This document shows, piece after piece, positions 21,801 through 36,800 of a DNA stretch of 64,000 nt. Every line of letters starts with the position of its first letter. The stretch's first letter is position 1. The position numbers and the translations under genes are program-made. The notes under the pieces are model-generated. The model had not been told where the DNA came from. It was given only the letters and a program-made list of their open reading frames with translations, and searched no databases. This stretch comes from Nemertoderma westbladi (lineage: Eukaryota; Animalia; Xenacoelomorpha). Where the stretch lies: positions 1-64,000 of the forward strand of contig JAUCBJ010008109.1 in assembly GCA_032718475.1 (NCBI GenBank), read 5' to 3'.

Positions 21801-24800
21801 CAATGGAGTGGATGTTAAACAAAGGGATGGACTCACAGTTACAATGGATGTAAAACAAAGGGATGGACTCACAGTTACAATGGAGTGGATGTTAAACAAA
21901 GGGATGGACTCACAGTTACAATGGATGTTAAACAAAGGGATGGACTCACAGTTACAATGGATGTTAAACAAAGGGATGGACTCACAGTTACAATGGATGT
22001 AAAACAAAGGGATGGACTCACAGTTACAATGGAGTGGATGTTAAACAAAGGGATGGACTCACAGTTACAATGGATGTAAAACAAAGGGATGGACTCACAG
22101 TTACAATGGAGTGGATGTTAAACAAAGGGATGGACTCACAGTTACAATGGATGTTAAACAAAGGGATGGACTCACAGTTACAATGGAGTGGATGTTAAAC
22201 AAAGGGATGGACTCACAGTTACAATGGATGTTAAACAAAGGGATGGACTCACAGTTACAATAGATTGCATGTAAAACAAAGGGATGGACTCACAGTTACA
22301 ATGGAGTGGATGTTAAACAAAGGGATGGACTCACAGTTACAATGGATGTTAAACAAAGGGATGGACTCACAGTTACAATAGATTGCATGTAAAACAAAGG
22401 GATGGACTCACAGTTACAATGGAGTGGATGTTAAACAAAGGGATGGACTCACAGTTACAATGGAGTGGATGTTAAACAAAGGGATGGACTCACAGTTACA
22501 ATGGAGTGGATGTTAAACAAAGGGATGGACTCACAGTTACAATGGATGTTAAACAAAGGGATGGACTCACAGTTACAATAGATTGCATGTAAAACAAAGG
22601 GATGGACTCACAGTTACAATGGAGTGGATGTTAAACAAAGGGATGGACTCACAGTTACAATGGAGTGGATGTTAAACAAAGGGATGGACTCACAGTTACA
22701 ATAGATTGCATGTAAAACAAAGGGATGGATAGACTCACAGTTACAATGGATGTAAAACAAAGGGATGGATAGACTCACAGTTACAATGGATGTTAAACAA
22801 AGGGATAGACTCACAGTTACAATGGATGTTAAACAAAGGGATGGATAGACTCACAGTTACAATGGATGTAAAACAAAGGGATGGATAGACTCATAGTTAC
22901 AATGGATGTAAAACAAAGGGATGGATAGACTCACAGTTACAATGGATGTTAAACAAAGGGATAGACTCACAGTTACAATGGATGTTAAACAAAGGGATGG
23001 ATAGACTCACAGTTACAATGGATGTAAAACAAAGGGATGGATAGACTCATAGTTACAATGGATGTAAAACAAAGGGATAGACTCACAGTTACAATGAAGT
23101 GGATGTTAAACAAAGGGATGGACTCACAGTTACAATGAAGTGGATGTTAAACAAAGGGATAGACTCACAGTTACAATGGATGTAAAACAAAGGGATGGAC
23201 TCACAGTTACAATAGATTGCATGTAAAACAAAGGGATGGACTCACAGTTACAATGGATGTAAAACAAAGGGATGGATAGACTCACAGTTACAATGGATGT
23301 AAAACAAAGGGATGGACTCACAGTTACAATAGATTGCATGTAAAACAAAGGGATGGACTCACAGTTACAATGGATGTAAAACAAAGGGATGGATAGACTC
23401 ACAGTTACAATGAAGTGGATGTTAAACAAAGGGATAGACTCACAGTTACAATGGATGTAAAACAAAGGGATGGACTCACAGTTACAATAGATTGCATGTA
23501 AAACAAAGGGATGGACTCACAGTTACAATGGATGTAAAACAAAGGGATGGATAGACTCACAGTTACAATGGATGTAAAACAAAGGGATGGACTCACAGTT
23601 ACAATAGATTGCATGTAAAACAAAGGGATGGACTCACAGTTACAATGGATGTAAAACAAAGGGATGGATAGACTCACAGTTACAATGGATGTAAAACAAA
23701 GGGATGGATAGACTCACAGTTACAATGGATGTTAAACAAAGGGATGGACTCACAGTTACAATGGATGTTAAACAAAGGGATGGACTCACAGTTACAATGG
23801 ATGTTAAACAAAGGGATGGACTCACAGTTACAATGGATGTTAAACAAAGGGATGGACTCACAGTTACAATGGATGTTAAACAAAGGGATGGACTCACAGT
23901 TACAATGGATGTTAAACAAAGGGATGGACTCACAGTTACAATGGATGTTAAACAAAGGGATGGACTCACAGTTACAATGGATGTTAAACAAAGGGATGGA
24001 CTCACAGTTACAATGGATGTTAAACAAAGGGATGGACTCACAGTTACAATGGATGTTAAACAAAGGGATGGACTCACAGTTACAATGGATGTTAAACAAA
24101 GGGATGGACTCACAGTTACAATAGATTGCATGTAAAACAAAGGGATGGATAGACTCACAGTTACAATGGATGTTAAACAAAGGGATAGACTCACAGTTAC
24201 AATGGATGTAAAACAAAGGGATGGATAGACTCACAGTTACAATGGATGTTAAACAAAGGGATAGACTCACAGTTACAATGGATGTAAAACAAAGGGATGG
24301 ATAGACTCACAGTTACAATGGATGTTAAACAAAGGGATGGACTCACAGTTACAATGGATGTTAAACAAAGGGATGGACTCACAGTTACAATGGATGTTAA
24401 ACAAAGGGATGGACTCACAGTTACAATGGATGTTAAACAAAGGGATGGACTCACAGTTACAATGGATGTTAAACAAAGGGATGGACTCACAGTTACAATA
24501 GATTGCATGTAAAACAAAGGGATGGATAGACTCACAGTTACAATGGATGTAAAACAAAGGGATGGATAGACTCACAGTTACAATGGATGTTAAACAAAGG
24601 GATAGACTCACAGTTACAATGGATGTTAAACAAAGGGATGGATAGACTCACAGTTACAATGGATGTAAAACAAAGGGATGGATAGACTCATAGTTACAAT
24701 GGATGTAAAACAAAGGGATGGATAGACTCACAGTTACAATGGATGTTAAACAAAGGGATAGACTCACAGTTACAATGGATGTTAAACAAAGGGATGGATA

Positions 24801-27800
24801 GACTCACAGTTACAATGGATGTAAAACAAAGGGATGGATAGACTCATAGTTACAATGGATGTAAAACAAAGGGATAGACTCACAGTTACAATGAAGTGGA
24901 TGTTAAACAAAGGGATGGACTCACAGTTACAATGAAGTGGATGTTAAACAAAGGGATGGACTCACAGTTACAATAGATTGCATGTAAAACAAAGGGATGG
25001 ACTCACAGTTACAATGGATGTAAAACAAAGGGATGGATAGACTCACAGTTACAATGGATGTAAAACAAAGGGATGGATAGACTCACAGTTACAATGGATG
25101 TTAAACAAAGGGATGGACTCACAGTTACAATGGATGTTAAACAAAGGGATGGATAGACTCACAGTTACAATGGATGTAAAACAAAGGGATGGATAGACTC
25201 ATAGTTACAATGGATGTAAAACAAAGGGATAGACTCACAGTTACAATGAAGTGGATGTTAAACAAAGGGATGGACTCACAGTTACAATAGATTGCATGTA
25301 AAACAAAGGGATGGATAGACTCACAGTTACAATGGATGTTAAACAAAGGGATGGATAGACTCACAGTTACAATGGATGTAAAACAAAGGGATGGATAGAC
25401 TCACAGTTACAATGGATGTAAAACAAAGGGATGGATAGACTCACAGTTACAATGGATGTTAAACAAAGGGATGGACTCACAGTTACAATGGATGTTAAAC
25501 AAAGGGATGGATAGACTCACAGTTACAATGGATGTAAAACAAAGGGATGGATAGACTCACAGTTACAATGGATGTTAAACAAAGGGATAGACTCACAGTT
25601 ACAATGGATGTTAAACAAAGGGATGGATAGACTCACAGTTACAATGGATGTTAAACAAAGGGATGGACTCACAGTTACAATGGATGTTAAACAAAGGGAT
25701 GGATAGACTCACAGTTACAATGGATGTTAAACAAAGGGATAGACTCACAGTTACAATGGATGTTAAACAAAGGGATGGATAGACTCACAGTTACAATGGA
25801 TGTTAAACAAAGGGATGGACTCACAGTTACAATGGATGTTAAACAAAGGGATGGACTCACAGTTACAATGGATGTTAAACAAAGGGATGGATAGACTCAC
25901 AGTTACAATGGATGTTAAACAAAGGGATGGACTCACAGTTACAATGGATGTTAAACAAAGGGATGGATAGACTCACAGTTACAATGGATGTAAAACAAAG
26001 GGATGGATAGACTCACAGTTACAATGGATGTTAAACAAAGGGATAGACTCACAGTTACAATGGATGTTAAACAAAGGGATGGATAGACTCACAGTTACAA
26101 TGGATGTTAAACAAAGGGATGGACTCACAGTTACAATGGATGTTAAACAAAGGGATGGATAGACTCACAGTTACAATGGATGTAAAACAAAGGGATGGAC
26201 TCACAGTTACAATGGATGTAAAACAAAGGGATGGATAGACTCACAGTTACAATGGATGTTAAACAAAGGGATAGACTCACAGTTACAATGGATGTAAAAC
26301 AAAGGGATGGATAGACTCACAGTTACAATGGATGTTAAACAAAGGGATAGACTCACAGTTACAATGGATGTTAAACAAAGGGATGGATAGACTCACAGTT
26401 ACAATGGATGTAAAACAAAGGGATGGATAGACTCATAGTTACAATGGATGTAAAACAAAGGGATGGACTCACAGTTACAATGGATGTAAAACAAAGGGAT
26501 GGACTCACAGTTACAATGGATGTAAAACAAAGGGATGGACTCACAGTTACAATGGATGTTAAACAAAGGGATGGACTCACAGTTACAATGGATGTAAAAC
26601 AAAGGGATGGACTCACAGTTATAATGGATGTTAAACAAAGGGATAGACTCACAGTTACAATGGATGTTAAACAAAGGGATAGACTCACAGTTACAATGGA
26701 TGTTAAACAAAGGGATAGACTCACAGTTACAATGGAGTGGATGTTAAACAAAGGGATGGATAGACTCACAGTTACAATGGAGTGGATGTTAAACAAAGGG
26801 ATGGACTCACAGTTACAATGGATGTTAAACAAAGGGATGGATAGACTCACAGTTACAATGGAGTGGATGTTAAACAAAGGGATGGACTCACAGTTACAAT
26901 GGATGTAAAACAAAGGGATAGACTCACAGTTACAATGGAGTGGATGTTAAACAAAGGGATGGACTCACAGTTACAATGGATGTAAAACAAAGGGATAGAC
27001 TCACAGTTACAATGGAGTGGATGTTAAACAAAGGGATGGACTCACAGTTACAATGGATGTAAAACAAAGGGATGGACTCACAGTTACAGTGGATGTTAAA
27101 CAAAGGGATGGACTCACAGTTACAATGGATGTTAAACAAAGGGATGGACTCACAGTTACAATGGATGTAAAACAAAGGGATAGACTCACAGTTACAATGG
27201 AGTGGATGTTAAACAAAGGGATGGACTCACAGTTACAATGGATGTAAAACAAAGGGATGGACTCACAGTTACAGTGGATGTTAAACAAAGGGATGGACTC
27301 ACAGTTACAATGGATGTAAAACAAAGGGATGGACTCACAGTTACAATGGATGTAAAACAAAGGGATGGACTCACAGTTACAATGGATGTAAAACAAAGGG
27401 ATGGACTCACAGTTACAATGGATGTAAAACAAAGGGATGGACTCACAGTTACAATGGATGTAAAACAAAGGGATAGACTCACAGTTACAATGGAGTGGAT
27501 GTTAAACAAAGGGATGGACTCACAGTTACAATGGATGTTAAACAAAGGGATGGATAGACTCACAGTTACAATGGATGTAAAACAAAGGGATAGACTCACA
27601 GTTACAATGGAGTGGATGTTAAACAAAGGGATGGACTCACAGTTACAATGGATGTTAAACAAAGGGATGGATAGACTCACAGTTACAATGGATGTAAAAC
27701 AAAGGGATAGACTCACAGTTACAATGGAGTGGATGTTAAACAAAGGGATGGACTCACAGTTACAATGGATGTAAAACAAAGGGATAGACTCACAGTTACA

Positions 27801-30800
27801 ATGGAGTGGATGTTAAACAAAGGGATGGACTCACAGTTACAATGGATGTAAAACAAAGGGATGGACTCACAGTTACAATGGATGTTAAACAAAGGGATGG
27901 ACTCACAGTTACAGTGGATGTTAAACAAAGGGATGGACTCACAGTTACAATGGATGTAAAACAAAGGGATGGACTCACAGTTACAATGGATGTAAAACAA
28001 AGGGATGGACTCACAGTTACAATGGATGTAAAACAAAGGGATGGACTCACAGTTACAATGGATGTAAAACAAAGGGATGGACTCACAGTTACAATGGATG
28101 TAAAACAAAGGGATGGACTCACAGTTACAATGGATGTTAAACAAAGGGATAGACTCACAGTTACAATGGATGTTAAACAAAGGGATGGATAGACTCACAG
28201 TTACAATGGAGTGGATGTTAAACAAAGGGATGGACTCACAGTTACAATGGATGTAAAACAAAGGGATGGACTCACAGTTACAGTGGATGTTAAACAAAGG
28301 GATGGACTCACAGTTACAATGGATGTAAAACAAAGGGATGGACTCACAGTTACAATGGATGTAAAACAAAGGGATGGACTCACAGTTACAATGGATGTAA
28401 AACAAAGGGATGGACTCACAGTTACAATGGATGTAAAACAAAGGGATGGACTCACAGTTACAATGGATGTAAAACAAAGGGATGGACTCACAGTTACAAT
28501 GGATGTTAAACAAAGGGATAGACTCACAGTTACAATGGATGTTAAACAAAGGGATGGATAGACTCACAGTTACAATGGATGTAAAACAAAGGGATGGATA
28601 GACTCATAGTTACAATGGATGTAAAACAAAGGGATGGACTCACAGTTACAATGGATGTAAAACAAAGGGATAGACTCACAGTTACAATGGAGTGGATGTT
28701 AAACAAAGGGATGGACTCACAGTTACAATGGATGTAAAACAAAGGGATGGACTCACAGTTACAGTGGATGTTAAACAAAGGGATGGACTCACAGTTACAA
28801 TGGATGTAAAACAAAGGGATGGACTCACAGTTACAATGGATGTAAAACAAAGGGATGGACTCACAGTTACAATGGATGTAAAACAAAGGGATAGACTCAC
28901 AGTTACAATGGAGTGGATGTTAAACAAAGGGATGGACTCACAGTTACAATGGATGTAAAACAAAGGGATGGACTCACAGTTACAGTGGATGTTAAACAAA
29001 GGGATGGACTCACAGTTACAATGGATGTAAAACAAAGGGATGGACTCACAGTTACAATGGATGTAAAACAAAGGGATGGACTCACAGTTACAATGGATGT
29101 AAAACAAAGGGATAGACTCACAGTTACAATGGAGTGGATGTTAAACAAAGGGATGGACTCACAGTTACAATGGAGTGGATGTTAAACAAATGGATGGACT
29201 CACAGTTACAATGGATGTAAAACAAAGGGATGGATAGACTCACAGTTACAATGGATGTAAAACAAAGGGATGGATAGACTCACAGTTACAATGGATGTTA
29301 AACAAAGGGATGGACTCACAGTTACAATAGATTGCATGTAAAACAAAGGGATGGATAGACTCACAGTTACAATGGATGTAAAACAAAGGGATGGATAGAC
29401 TCACAGTTACAATGGATGTTAAACAAAGGGATAGACTCACAGTTACAATGGATGTTAAACAAAGGGATGGATAGACTCACAGTTACAATGGATGTAAAAC
29501 AAAGGGATGGATAGACTCATAGTTACAATGGATGTAAAACAAAGGGATGGATAGACTCACAGTTACAATGGATGTTAAACAAAGGGATAGACTCACAGTT
29601 ACAATGGATGTTAAACAAAGGGATGGATAGACTCACAGTTACAATGGATGTAAAACAAAGGGATGGATAGACTCATAGTTACAATGGATGTAAAACAAAG
29701 GGATAGACTCACAGTTACAATGGAGTGGATGTTAAACAAAGGGATGGACTCACAGTTACAATAGATTGCATGTAAAACAAAGGGATGGACTCACAGTTAC
29801 AATGGATGTAAAACAAAGGGATGGATAGACTCACAGTTACAATGAATGTTAAACAAAGGGATGGATAGACTCACAGTTACAATGGATGTAAAACAAAGGG
29901 ATGGATAGACTCACAGTTACAATGGATGTAAAACAAAGGGATGGATAGACTCACAGTTACAATGGATGTTAAACAAAGGGATGGACTCACAGTTACAATG
30001 GATGTTAAACAAAGGGATGGATAGACTCACAGTTACAATGGATGTAAAACAAAGGGATGGATAGACTCACAGTTACAATGGATGTTAAACAAAGGGATAG
30101 ACTCACAGTTACAATGGATGTTAAACAAAGGGATGGATAGACTCACAGTTACAATGGATGTTAAACAAAGGGATGGACTCACAGTTACAATGGATGTTAA
30201 ACAAAGGGATGGATAGACTCACAGTTACAATGGATGTTAAACAAAGGGATAGACTCACAGTTACAATGGATGTTAAACAAAGGGATGGATAGACTCACAG
30301 TTACAATGGATGTTAAACAAAGGGATGGACTCACAGTTACAATGGATGTTAAACAAAGGGATGGACTCACAGTTACAATGGATGTTAAACAAAGGGATGG
30401 ATAGACTCACAGTTACAATGGATGTTAAACAAAGGGATGGACTCACAGTTACAATGGATGTTAAACAAAGGGATGGATAGACTCACAGTTACAATGGATG
30501 TAAAACAAAGGGATGGATAGACTCACAGTTACAATGGATGTTAAACAAAGGGATAGACTCACAGTTACAATGGATGTTAAACAAAGGGATGGATAGACTC
30601 ACAGTTACAATGGATGTTAAACAAAGGGATGGACTCACAGTTACAATGGATGTTAAACAAAGGGATGGATAGACTCACAGTTACAATGGATGTTAAACAA
30701 AGGGATAGACTCACAGTTACAATGGATGTTAAACAAAGGGATGGATAGACTCACAGTTACAATGGATGTTAAACAAAGGGATGGACTCACAGTTACAATG

Positions 30801-33800
30801 GATGTTAAACAAAGGGATGGACTCACAGTTACAATGGATGTTAAACAAAGGGATGGATAGACTCACAGTTACAATGGATGTTAAACAAAGGGATAGACTC
30901 ACAGTTACAATGGATGTTAAACAAAGGGATGGATAGACTCACAGTTACAATGGATGTTAAACAAAGGGATGGACTCACAGTTACAATGGATGTTAAACAA
31001 AGGGATGGATAGACTCACAGTTACAATGGATGTAAAACAAAGGGATGGATAGACTCATAGTTACAATGGATGTAAAACAAAGGGATGGATAGACTCACAG
31101 TTACAATGGATGTTAAACAAAGGGATAGACTCACAGTTACAATGGATGTTAAACAAAGGGATGGATAGACTCACAGTTACAATGGATGTAAAACAAAGGG
31201 ATGGATAGACTCATAGTTACAATGGATGTAAAACAAAGGGATAGACTCACAGTTACAATGGATTGCATGTAAAACAAAGGGATAGACTCACAGTTACAAT
31301 GGATGTAAAACAAAGGGATGGACTCACAGTTACAATGGAGTGGATGTTAAACAAAGGGATGGACTCACAGTTACAATAGATTGCATGTAAAACAAAGGGA
31401 TGGATAGACTCACAGTTACAATGGATGTAAAACAAAGGGATGGATAGACTCACAGTTACAATGGATGTTAAACAAAGGGATAGACTCACAGTTACAATGG
31501 ATGTAAAACAAAGGGATGGATAGACTCACAGTTACAATGGATGTTAAACAAAGGGATAGACTCACAGTTACAATGGATGTAAAACAAAGGGATGGATAGA
31601 CTCACAGTTACAATGGATGTTAAACAAAGGGATAGACTCACAGTTACAATGGATGTAAAACAAAGGGATAGACTCACAGTTACAATGGAGTGGATGTTAA
31701 ACAAAGGGATGGACTCACAGTTACAATAGATTGCATGTAAAACAAAGGGATGGATAGACTCACAGTTACAATGGATGTAAAACAAAGGGATAGACTCACA
31801 GTTACAATGGATGTTAAACAAAGGGATGGATAGACTCACAGTTACAATGGATGTTAAACAAAGGGATGGATAGACTCACAGTTACAATGGATGTTAAACA
31901 AAGGGATAGACTCACAGTTACAATGGATGTTAAACAAAGGGATGGATAGACTCACAGTTACAATGGATGTTAAACAAAGGGATAGACTCACAGTTACAAT
32001 GGATGTTAAACAAAGGGATGGATAGACTCACAGTTACAATGGATGTAAAACAAAGGGATGGATAGACTCATAGTTACAATGGATGTAAAACAAAGGGATG
32101 GATAGACTCACAGTTACAATGGATGTTAAACAAAGGGATGGACTCACAGTTACAATGGATGTTAAACAAAGGGATGGACTCACAGTTACAATGGATGTTA
32201 AACAAAGGGATGGACTCACAGTTACAATAGATTGCATGTAAAACAAAGGGATGGATAGACTCATAGTTACAATGGATGTTAAACAAAGGGATAGACTCAC
32301 AGTTACAATGGATGTAAAACAAAGGGATGGACTCATAGTTACAATGGATGTAAAACAAAGGGATGGACTCATAGTTACAATGGATGTAAAACAAAGGGAT
32401 GGACTCACAGTTACAATGGATGTTAAACAAAGGGATGGACTCACAGTTACAATGGATGTTAAACAAAGGGATGGATAGACTCACAGTTACAATGGATGTT
32501 AAACAAAGGGATGGACTCACAGTTACAATGGATGTTAAACAAAGGGATGGATAGACTCACAGTTACAATGGATGTAAAACAAAGGGATGGACTCACAGTT
32601 ACAATGGATGTTAAACAAAGGGATGGACTCACAGTTACAATGGATGTTAAACAAAGGGATGGATAGACTCACAGTTACAATGGATGTTAAACAAAGGGAT
32701 GGATAGACTCACAGTTACAATGGATGTAAAACAAAGGGATGGACTCATAGTTACAATGGATGTAAAACAAAGGGATGGACTCACAGTTACAATGGATGTT
32801 AAACAAAGGGATGGACTCACAGTTACAATGGATGTTAAACAAAGGGATGGATAGACTCACAGTTACAATGGATGTTAAACAAAGGGATAGACTCACAGTT
32901 ACAATGGATGTTAAACAAAGGGATGGATAGACTCACAGTTACAATGGATGTAAAACAAAGGGATGGATAGACTCATAGTTACAATGGATGTAAAACAAAG
33001 GGATGGACTCACAGTTACAATAGATTGCATGTAAAACAAAGGGATAGACTCACAGTTACAATGGATGTTAAACAAAGGGATGGATAGACTCACAGTTACA
33101 ATGGATGTTAAACAAAGGGATGGATAGACTCACAGTTACAATGGATGTTAAACAAAGGGATGGACTCACAGTTACAATGGATGTAAAACAAAGGGATGGA
33201 CTCACAGTTACAATGGATGTAAAACAAAGGGATGGATAGACTCACAGTTACAATGGATGTTAAACAAAGGGATGGATAGACTCACAGTTACAATGGATGT
33301 AAAACAAAGGGATGGACTCATAGTTACAATGGATGTAAAACAAAGGGATGGACTCACAGTTACAATGGATGTTAAACAAAGGGATGGACTCACAGTTACA
33401 ATGGATGTTAAACAAAGGGATGGATAGACTCACAGTTACAATGGATGTTAAACAAAGGGATAGACTCACAGTTACAATGGATGTTAAACAAAGGGATGGA
33501 TAGACTCACAGTTACAATGGATGTAAAACAAAGGGATGGATAGACTCATAGTTACAATGGATGTAAAACAAAGGGATGGACTCACAGTTACAATAGATTG
33601 CATGTAAAACAAAGGGATGGATAGACTCACAGTTACAATGGATGTAAAACAAAGGGATGGATAGACTCACAGTTACAATGGATGTTAAACAAAGGGATGG
33701 ACTCACAGTTACAATGGATGTAAAACAAAGGGATGGATAGACTCACAGTTACAATGGATGTTAAACAAAGGGATGGACTCACAGTTACAATGGATGTAAA

Positions 33801-36800
33801 ACAAAGGGATGGATAGACTCACAGTTACAATGGATGTAAAACAAAGGGATAGACTCACAGTTACAATGGATGTTAAACAAAGGGATGGATAGACTCACAG
33901 TTACAATGGATGTTAAACAAAGGGATGGACTCACAGTTACAATGGAGTGGATGTTAAACAAAGGGATGGACTCACAGTTATAATGGATGTTAAACAAAGG
34001 GATAGACTCACAGTTACAATGGATGTAAAACAAAGGGATGGATAGACTCACAGTTACAATGGATGTTAAACAAAGGGATGGACTCACAGTTACAATGGAT
34101 GTTAAACAAAGGGATGGACTCACAGTTACAATGGAGTGGATGTTAAACAAAGGGATGGACTCACAGTTACAATGGATGTTAAACAAAGGGATGGACTCAC
34201 AGTTATAATGGATGTTAAACAAAGGGATAGACTCACAGTTACAATGGATGTAAAACAAAGGGATGGATAGACTCACAGTTACAATGGATGTTAAACAAAG
34301 GGATGGATAGACTCATAGTTACAATGGATGTAAAACAAAGGGATGGACTCACAGTTACAATGGATGTTAAACAAAGGGATGGACTCACAGTTACAATGGA
34401 TGTTAAACAAAGGGATGGATAGACTCACAGTTACAATGGATGTAAAACAAAGGGATGGACTCATAGTTACAATGGATGTTAAACAAAGGGATGGATAGAC
34501 TCACAGTTACAATGGATGTAAAACAAAGGGATGGACTCATAGTTACAATGGATGTAAAACAAAGGGATGGACTCACAGTTACAATGGAGTGGATGTTAAA
34601 CAAAGGGATGGACTCACAGTTACAATGGATGTTAAACAAAGGGATAGACTCACAGTTACAATGGATGTAAAACAAAGGGATGGACTCACAGTTACAATGG
34701 ATGTTAAACAAAGGGATGGACTCACAGTTACAATGGATGTTAAACAAAGGGATGGACTCACAGTTACAATGGAGTGGATGTAAAACAAAGGGATGGACTC
34801 ACAGTTACAATGGATGTTAAACAAAGGGATGGACTCACAGTTACAATGGATGTTAAACAAAGGGATGGACTCACAGTTACAATGGATGTAAAACAAAGGG
34901 ATGGACTCACAGTTACAATGGATGTTAAACAAAGGGATGGACTCACAGTTACAATGGATGTAAAACAAAGGGATGGACTCACAGTTATAATGGATGTTAA
35001 ACAAAGGGATAGACTCACAGTTACAATGGATGTTAAACAAAGGGATGGATAGACTCATAGTTACAATGGATGTTAAACAAAGGGATGGACTCACAGTTAC
35101 AATGGATGTTAAACAAAGGGATGGACTCACAGTTACAATGGATGTTAAACAAAGGGATGGATAGACTCACAGTTACAATGGATGTAAAACAAAGGGATGG
35201 ACTCACAGTTACAATGGATGTAAAACAAAGGGATGGACTCACAGTTACAATGGATGTTAAACAAAGGGATGGATAGACTCACAGTTACAATGGATGTAAA
35301 ACAAAGGGATGGACTCACAGTTACAATGGATGTAAAACAAAGGGATGGATAGACTCATAGTTACAATGGATGTAAAACAAAGGGATGGACTCACAGTTAT
35401 AATGGATGTTAAACAAAGGGATAGACTCACAGTTACAATGGATGTTAAACAAAGGGATGGACTCACAGTTACAATGGATGTTAAACAAAGGGATGGATAG
35501 ACTCATAGTTACAATGGATGTAAAACAAAGGGATGGACTCATAGTTACAATGGATGTAAAACAAAGGGATGGATAGACTCATAGTTACAATTGATGTAAA
35601 ACAAAGGGATGGACTCACAGTTACAATGGATGTTAAACAAAGGGATGGACTCACAGTTACAATGGATGTTAAACAAAGGGATAGACTCACAGTTACAATG
35701 GATGTTAAACAAAGGGATGGATAGACTCACAGTTACAATGGATGTTAAACAAAGGGATGGATAGACTCACAGTTACAATGGATGTTAAACAAAGGGATGG
35801 ATAGACTCACAGTTACAATGGATGTAAAACAAAGGGATGGATAGACTCACAGTTACAATGGATGTTAAACAAAGGGATGGACTCACAGTTACAATGGATG
35901 TTAAACAAAGGGATGGATAGACTCATAGTTACAATGGATGTAAAACAAAGGGATGGATAGACTCATAGTTACAATGGATGTAAAACAAAGGGATGGATAG
36001 ACTCATAGTTACAATGGATGTAAAACAAAGGGATGGATAGACTCATAGTTACAATGGATGTAAAACAAAGGGATGGATAGACTCACAGTTACAATGGATG
36101 TTAAACAAAGGGATGGACTCACAGTTACAATGGATGTTAAACAAAGGGATAGACTCACAGTTACAATGGATGTTAAACAAAGGGATAGACTCACAGTTAC
36201 AATGGATGTTAAACAAAGGGATGGATAGACTCACAGTTACAATGGATGTAAAACAAAGGGATGGATAGACTCATAGTTACAATGGATGTAAAACAAAGGG
36301 ATGGATAGACTCACAGTTACAATGGATGTTAAACAAAGGGATGGACTCACAGTTACAATGGATGTTAAACAAAGGGATAGACTCACAGTTACAATGGATG
36401 TTAAACAAAGGGATGGATAGACTCACAGTTACAATGGATGTAAAACAAAGGGATGGATAGACTCATAGTTACAATGGATGTAAAACAAAGGGATAGACTC
36501 ACAGTTACAATGGAGTGGATGTTAAACAAAGGGATGGACTCACAGTTATAATGGATGTTAAACAAAGGGATGGACTCACAGTTACAATGGATGTTAAACA
36601 AAGGGATGGACTCACAGTTACAATAGATTGCATGTAAAACAAAGGGATGGATAGACTCACAGTTACAATGGATGTAAAACAAAGGGATGGATAGACTCAC
36701 AGTTACAATGGATGTTAAACAAAGGGATAGACTCACAGTTACAATGGATGTTAAACAAAGGGATGGATAGACTCACAGTTACAATGGATGTAAAACAAAG

